Below are positions 58,221 through 64,000 of a stretch of DNA of 64,000 nucleotides, in pieces. The notes under the pieces were generated by a model, which was not told the origin of the DNA, did no database searches, and saw only the letters and a program-made list of their open reading frames with translations. The DNA comes from Fistulifera solaris. Lineage: Eukaryota. The stretch spans positions 62,001-126,000 of the forward strand of contig AP026131.1 in the NCBI GenBank assembly GCA_030295235.1. Reading direction: 5' to 3'. The position numbers and the translations under genes were made by a program. Each line of letters begins with the position of its first letter. Position 1 is the first letter of the stretch.

Positions 58221-59498
58221 CGTTCCATCATCGTTTGTTCTCAATTCGACGGCGGTAATTGCTTCCTGGTACGATGCTAATCTGCTGGGCAAGGAAACGT
58301 CGTCCTTTGGGGACTGTAATAGATCCAATAATTGGATGACGATGAAAAGTACGACCTCCGGGTTTCCCTGCAGAGATAAATTTCCTACGGTGTCTACGTA
58401 AAAAACGCGTAGACACTTAAAGGGATGTGTCATTTTATTTTTTATGTTTCAGTGTCAAACTAAATTCCATTATTATTTGATGACATGCAGTAGACTATGT
58501 ATTGTGGGGTTAACTATCGTTGACATTGGCGTCCAAATGACGCGAACAATTAATGTGATCGAAAATAAACCATATCCGGGTTGCCCCTCTGTCGATAAAT
58601 TTCCCTACGAGAGCTACGTGAAAACTACGTAGACATTCGAAGTGTTCCACCAATCGTTCCATCCATGTTTTGTTTTCGAATCGATGGCGACTCTTGCTTA
58701 CCGATACGAAGCCAATACGGTGCGCAACAAAACGTTGACATCTGTGCACTGGAAAAGCAAGAATTGGATGACGATGAAAAGTACGACCTCCGGGTTTCCC
58801 TGCAGAGATAAATTTCCTACGGCGGCTACGTAAAAACGCGTAGACACTTAAAGGGATGTGTCATTTTACTTTTTATGTTTCAGTGTCAAACTAAATTCCA
58901 TTATTGTTTGATGACATGCAGTAGACTATGTATTGTGGGGTTAACTATCGTTGACATTGGCGTCCAAATAACGCGAACATTAATGTGATCGAAAATAAAC
59001 CATATCCGGGTTGCCCCTCTGTCGATAAATTTCCCTACGAGAGCTACGTGAAAACTACGTTGACATTCGAAGTGTTCCACCAATTGTTCCATCCATGTTT
59101 TGTTTTCGAATCGATGGCGACTCTTGCTTACCGATACGAAGCCAATACGGTGCGCAACAAAACGCTGACATCTGTGCACTGGAAAAGCAAGAATTGGATG
59201 ACGATGAAAAGTACGACCTCCGGGTTTCCCTGCAGAGATAAATTTTCTACGGCGGCTACGTAAAAAACGCGTAGACACTTAAAGGGATGTGTCATTTTAT
59301 TTTTATTTTTCAGTGTCAAACTAAATTCCATTATTATTTGATGACATGCAGTATGTATTGTGGGGTTAACTATCGTTGACATTGGCGTCCAAATGACGCG
59401 AACAATTAATGTGATCGAAAATAAACCATATCCGGGTTGCCCCTCTGTCGATAAATTTCCCTACGAGAGCTACGTGAAAACTACGTAGACATTCGAAG
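58221..59498 (+). repeat. Tandem array: 430-bp unit x ~2.7 (58330-59498), itself a dimer of diverged ~215-bp monomers (family A), plus a degenerate partial monomer at 58221-58330
   Basis: AATTGGATGACGATGAAAAG at 58330, 58762 and 59192. The core TCCGGGTT..CC....GATAAATTT..CTACG...CTACGT...CGT.GACA recurs at 58358, 58576, 58790, 59006, 59220 and 59432. Confidence 0.95.
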
Positions 59499-59656
59499 CG
59501 TTGCTTTTTTACGTATCGTACTCCGTACTCCGTAATAAAATCAAATTTCAGTAGCTGTTAGGTCTACTTCTATTGTTGATCCGTGTGAAGGCTGGAGTCT
59601 TTGTTCTCGTTCTCGTTCTTGTTGATAAAGAAGTATAGTACGGAATAAAGACAATT

Positions 59657-60433
59657 ATGGTGACGGCCGGAGGAGTGAAACGAAAAGCGCCGGAAGACGG
59701 AGACGGCGACACACACGGCAGCCGTCCCATCGAAATCACGCCCAAGGTTCTTCACCAGCGGTTGTTGGTTGGATTAGGAAACAAAGGAGGAGCAAAAGGT
59801 TCTTTAACGAAATGCGTAGCACGCATCGGTGCTGTATTGAGAGATCCGGATGATGCGACATTGAAAGAGGCTGCCGTCCGCGAATTAGAACATCAACAAC
59901 TCGAATTTATGAAACTATATTGGATGGTTCACCGGAATCAGATTGAATTGGAGACGCTGCATTCTTCTATAAACATTACCAAACAACAAGCTTCGGAGGA
60001 GAGTGTTATTGTGCAAGAGAAACGTAAAAAGTTGCGGAAACAACTAACCGTCACGGCTTGTGAGCGCGAGTATGAAGCCTTGGCCAAAGTGGCCACGACG
60101 CGGCATCCCACGTCCCGAAGGGCCCTGCAGCAACAACTGGATCGTGTTTTAGAACAACAAAGAGAAACAGAAGATGCTGTGAAACGGACGAAGAAAGAAG
60201 TGGCGATTCGTCAAAATCAATTCCAGTTATTGATGCAATGTCTGTTTGATTTGAAGCAGTCTTTGCAAGAGCCATTAGATGTCTCCGCAGATGATGATCA
60301 TGCGACAGTAGAGGATAATAAAGAAAAGGACGAAGATGGGGAAGAGCTAGAAGAGAAAGGTGGAGCAATCGTTGCCATGGATGTGGAGCCTGCCATCGCT
60401 GGACCTGATGAAGATCTCTATGAGGATTTGTGA
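59657..60433 (+). CDS. THOC7: THO complex subunit 7-like
   Basis: LHQRLLV, REYEALAKV...HPTSR, RQNQFQLLMQCLFDL and an acidic tail resemble THOC7/Mft1. Confidence 0.72.
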   Translation: MVTAGGVKRKAPEDGDGDTHGSRPIEITPKVLHQRLLVGLGNKGGAKGSLTKCVARIGAVLRDPDDATLKEAAVRELEHQQLEFMKLYWMVHRNQIELETLHSSINITKQQASEESVIVQEKRKKLRKQLTVTACEREYEALAKVATTRHPTSRRALQQQLDRVLEQQRETEDAVKRTKKEVAIRQNQFQLLMQCLFDLKQSLQEPLDVSADDDHATVEDNKEKDEDGEELEEKGGAIVAMDVEPAIAGPDEDLYEDL

Positions 60434-61354
60434 TCAAGTCCACTCTTGTGACAACGAACACTAACTATTTGTTTTATATTTTCGTTCCTCCGCTGGTTTT
60501 AAATTGTTTTCTTTTTGTTACATGTCTTGTGGTTTTGTTTGTATATAAATAGTTTATAGTTTTGGCCTCTTCGTCGGCATGAGTTGGCTTCTTCGATGTT
60601 TCACATCCGGTACTCGTCTCTTCGCTTCTCGCATAAAGCATAAACAAGAGTGCTACGCATTCATCGAAATAGTAAGCAAAATCGACTATTATGCCTCCTG
60701 TGGCTCGGCGCTTTCGGTATTATAGTTCAGTAATTTTTCAATCAAATCAACGTGCGTCAAAAGCATACGGCGACAGCAGTATCTCTTCAAACCCAACTCA
60801 TCCAAAGCGTCACTGTTTGAAGAGTAAAACAGGGAATGAAAGTTTAGAACAAAGAATAAAAGATTAATTCAATTTGAAAACAGCAGCCTGAACGCACCCT
60901 TCCGAAAAATCGGCTTGCAACAAACTCAAATACGTTTCCCATTTGTTCCCAATCACCTTTCCACACGTAAAACATCGAACTGGGATAATCATCTTCTATC
61001 AATACTCTTACTAATACTGGTAAAGTGCAATGTGTTTAATCATATGAAAGCAATAACGATGACACAATAATGATCGAAACGAAACAAATGCATGCGGGTC
61101 GAAAATGTCGATGGCTTTGCAAAGAATTTATTATGGGCGACGGACAGTCGTTCATCGTACCGCGCGTTGTCGTCGCGCGGCGTAATTTTCGTACGAAGAG
61201 CAGACGCTCTTTCCCACCACCAAAAAAAAACGTTTCGCCTTTCGCAACAACAGAAAACGGTGCCTCTATTATTCATTTTGTTTATAGCGTTTGTCAAGTA
61301 ATTACTTTCAATCAACGCGACAAGATTCAATACACTCGCACACACGACAAAGAA

Positions 61355-61712
61355 ATGGCACAAGGATTAGGAAAAGTCAACAAGGTCAAAAAGTCCGTCG
61401 GCTCGCAAAAGCGAAAAGTCGCACGCAAAGCGCAATCACTCTCGAAAGGCCGCATGCAATTCAGTGCCAAGGGAAAGAAACACAATGCGGAAGAAGTCAA
61501 TACCACGAAAACTATCAATCGCAACATTGAATCACTCGTTGCGGCAAAAGCTGTGAGCAGCGGCGCCAAGTTCTTTCTTGGAGACGTGAAAGAAAAAAGG
61601 CACCAAGGAGATGAAGAAACAACTTCAGGAACGTGACAAGAAGCAAAGCAAGTCTACCAAAATTAGCGACCGATTGAAAGCGCAGTTGCGTAAAGTACAG
61701 ACCGGCGCTTAA
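61355..61712 (+). CDS. Small basic protein, UPF0390/DUF2462 (C19orf53-like)
   Basis: MAQGLGK...TKTINRNIESLVAAKA. One indel at the A-run near 61593 restores the reading frame to TAA at 61710-61712. Confidence 0.7.
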
Positions 61713-62096
61713 GAGATGTATGTGTTTGAAGTCACGGAATGCTTGTTCGACGAACGACAGGTCGTCATTGCATTATCCGAGACTTGCAACTTGCAACATA
61801 TAGATCATTTTTTCAAGGGATTGGAGGTAGATTGAAAGCCGTTTTGTGTTTCATAATGTTTGTTCGGCGAAGGTTCCGCGGTTCCTTTTACGAAACAGGT
61901 ACCGGAAAATTCGTGCACCAATAACATCGCGGAATGAACCACGATTCGCTCGTTGAGAACACGAAAACGGGTGCTGATTTGATAAAAATGGACAAGCACA
62001 TGCAAAACTAATCAATTAGCGAGCAATTCTTTTGGATCATTCCTTTCGTCCTTCCCTCATAAGTCGTCGCATTTGCGGATCTGTTGTTGAATTGTC

Positions 62097-64000
62097 ATGT
62101 CGGAAAGTATTTCACCGAAACAAGCACCAACGTGCGTAAAGGCAAAACCCGCGACTCCTCGACCTTTTCCTTCGCTTCGTGATCACATGGATCTTCCGAA
62201 AGATGCGACGAGTCCGTATGCTGCTTCGTCACGAAGAACAGGTCAATATAGCGACTACGACAGCTCACCCGAATCGGACGAAGACGACGTGACACCTGCG
62301 GCTATCGATTTGGATGAAGATGTGCGACTTGCGGTTGCCCTTCAACAAGAAGAATTTTTGGCGCAAGAACGCATGTTTCACAAGGCCAGTAAGGACGAGA
62401 CGTCATTTCACTGCAATATGGATGAACTCCTGGCTCTCAGTCTGGAAAATGCAGATGATGACGACAATGAGGAGACCTGGATAGCCAAATTTGCTTCTAT
62501 ATCCGAGACGAAATATGTATCAGACGATGAAGACGACGAGGATGACGAGAAGCGACAGGCCCAAATTGATGCGGATGCTGCTCTTGCCAAGGCAATGGCG
62601 GAAACCTTTGAGCCTTTAGATGAAGAAACTCGCAAATTGGTTGAAGAGTTCGAAAAGGAGGCCATGTTTTTGACAATATCGGGAAGAGCTACGCTCTTTG
62701 TTCAAGCCGTGCTTGACCTTGTAACCAAGACAGAAGCGACCTTGCCAACTAATATGCAGGCGAAGATTCGTGCGGTCAACAGGGATGACATGGTTTATTT
62801 TGCTGAGCGCCTTTTGAAAGCTCAAGAGGATTTAGAGGAGCAAGGTAGAGACACGAGCGTTGACGTTGGGTATCATTATACCAAGAGTGAAGAATGCATG
62901 ACGCGAATTCGTGTTGATGGGTTAATGACATTTGCCGAACGCAATGCAGCCGGCATTCCTCGTGTGTTCAACGGTGCTGCGTTTGGAGACGGAATTTACA
63001 CCGCTAATAACCCCACTTCCTATTCCGGATACGGTCCTATTGGTCTTTTAGTTGCAAGGTTGAAAGGAACCACGACAACAACCACGGGAACGCCCGCTGA
63101 TCAAGCTGACAGTGTCATTGGACATCCAGGTCGTGTTGACGAGATTATTGTTCTTCGAAATTCTAGGAATTGTCTGCCGTTGATTGAGTACGAGACGGCC
63201 CTCGCAAGTAGCCACAAGGCCCTCTTGGAAAACCTGCAAGGGGATCTACAGGCACTCATTTCGAAATACATACTCGTAGTGCCGAAGGTTAGTTTAGACC
63301 AATTACCTGCCAAGACATCGTTTCCTTCAGTCAAGATCGTGGCATTCAATCTACCGGACAATATGACTTACACGGCTCCGTCCATGCTAAACACCGACCC
63401 AATTTCGGCCACATCTCCTGCTGGCAGCTCGACTGATGAATGCCCCATTTGTCTAGCCACCCTTTCGCAATCCGTCGTTTCTTGAAACTACTGCGGCCAT
63501 AAGTTTCACCGCGAGTGCCTATTACAAAGCGCCAGAGCAGGCCAACGGTCGTGTGCCTATTGCAGAAAGCTGTTTCAAGAGCCACAAGGATTGTGCCCAT
63601 CGGGAACCCTGACTGTGTCGTATTCGAGCTCGCAAACATGCAGCGGTTTCCCGGCAGGAGTTATTACATTGGATTACAACATCCCCAACGGAGTTCAACA
63701 ATCGTATCATCCGTCGCCGGGTGTTGCGTTTTCTGGAGCTAAACGACAAGCATTTCTACCAGATAATCGCGAAGGTCGAGAGTTACTGAAACGACTCAAG
63801 TATGCCTTTACCAGAGGCCTTACATTTACTGTCGGTACGAGTTTGTCGAGCGGTGCGTCGAACACTGTAACCTGGGCCAGTATTCATCACAAGACTGCTC
63901 TATCGGGTGGCACACATGGCTTTCCAGACAATTCTTACTTTTACAATTGTCACCATGAGCTCGATAACTTGGGCGTTCCTGCTGCAGATGCATTTCAGTA
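62097..64000 (+). CDS. UIM-like + PARP-type ADP-ribosyltransferase + RING-H2 + Deltex C-terminal (DTC) fusion protein
   Basis: ART: GYHYT, FGDGIYTA, LLVARLKG, DSVIG, DEIIV. RING-H2: CPIC..CGH.FH..C..CAYC. DTC: PQGLCPSG, YNIPNGVQ..YHPSPG, RQAFLPDNREG, AFTRGLTFTVGTS, VTWASIHHKT, HGFPD. The frame is continuous apart from one TGA at 63483-63485; the probable stop lies at the window edge. Confidence 0.88.

Noticed and set aside
58176..59382. Short ORFs inside the 430-bp array, and the related ORF 34752-34964, as a repeated small-protein family
   Set aside because: Frames and stops are not conserved between copies and no domain is recognisable. The similarity is explained by the DNA repeat.
1548..61712. 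Mass pseudogenisation or programmed frameshifting in many genes
   Set aside because: Indels fall mostly in homopolymer runs of essential genes (PRP22, MRE11, ZMAT2, MRPL47) whose motifs are otherwise intact. Long-read consensus error is the simplest explanation.

Overview
Gene-dense eukaryotic nuclear DNA, most likely from a pennate diatom. This is inferred from short 70-120 nt GT-AG introns, bipartite signal + ASAFAP-like plastid presequences and diatom-type gene families. About 28 protein-coding genes are recognisable: SASA esterase, MRPL47, PRP22/DHX8, a PPR-like protein, glutaminyl cyclase, REV3, MRE11, an NDP-glucose 4,6-dehydratase, AspRS, an RCC1-repeat protein, a TALE homeobox gene, a leishmanolysin-like protein, ZMAT2, AdhE, an MFS transporter, GEN1-like nuclease, TPT1, KLHDC4, THOC7 and others. 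Many are broken by single-base indels, mostly at homopolymers, which suggests an unpolished long-read assembly. Highlights: (1) a single gene joining UIM-like motifs, a PARP-type ADP-ribosyltransferase domain with intact H-Y-E, a RING-H2 finger and a Deltex C-terminal domain; (2) an intron-containing AdhE that closely resembles the E. coli enzyme; (3) several non-coding, hairpin-bearing repeat families with ~212-236 bp periodicity that recur in both orientations, mostly in head-to-head promoter regions, plus a 34-bp minisatellite and a 650-bp MITE; (4) a probable pseudo-peptidase and a eukaryote-type AspRS with a plastid-like presequence. No rRNA, tRNA or CRISPR array was found. All family assignments are by motif recognition, not database search.
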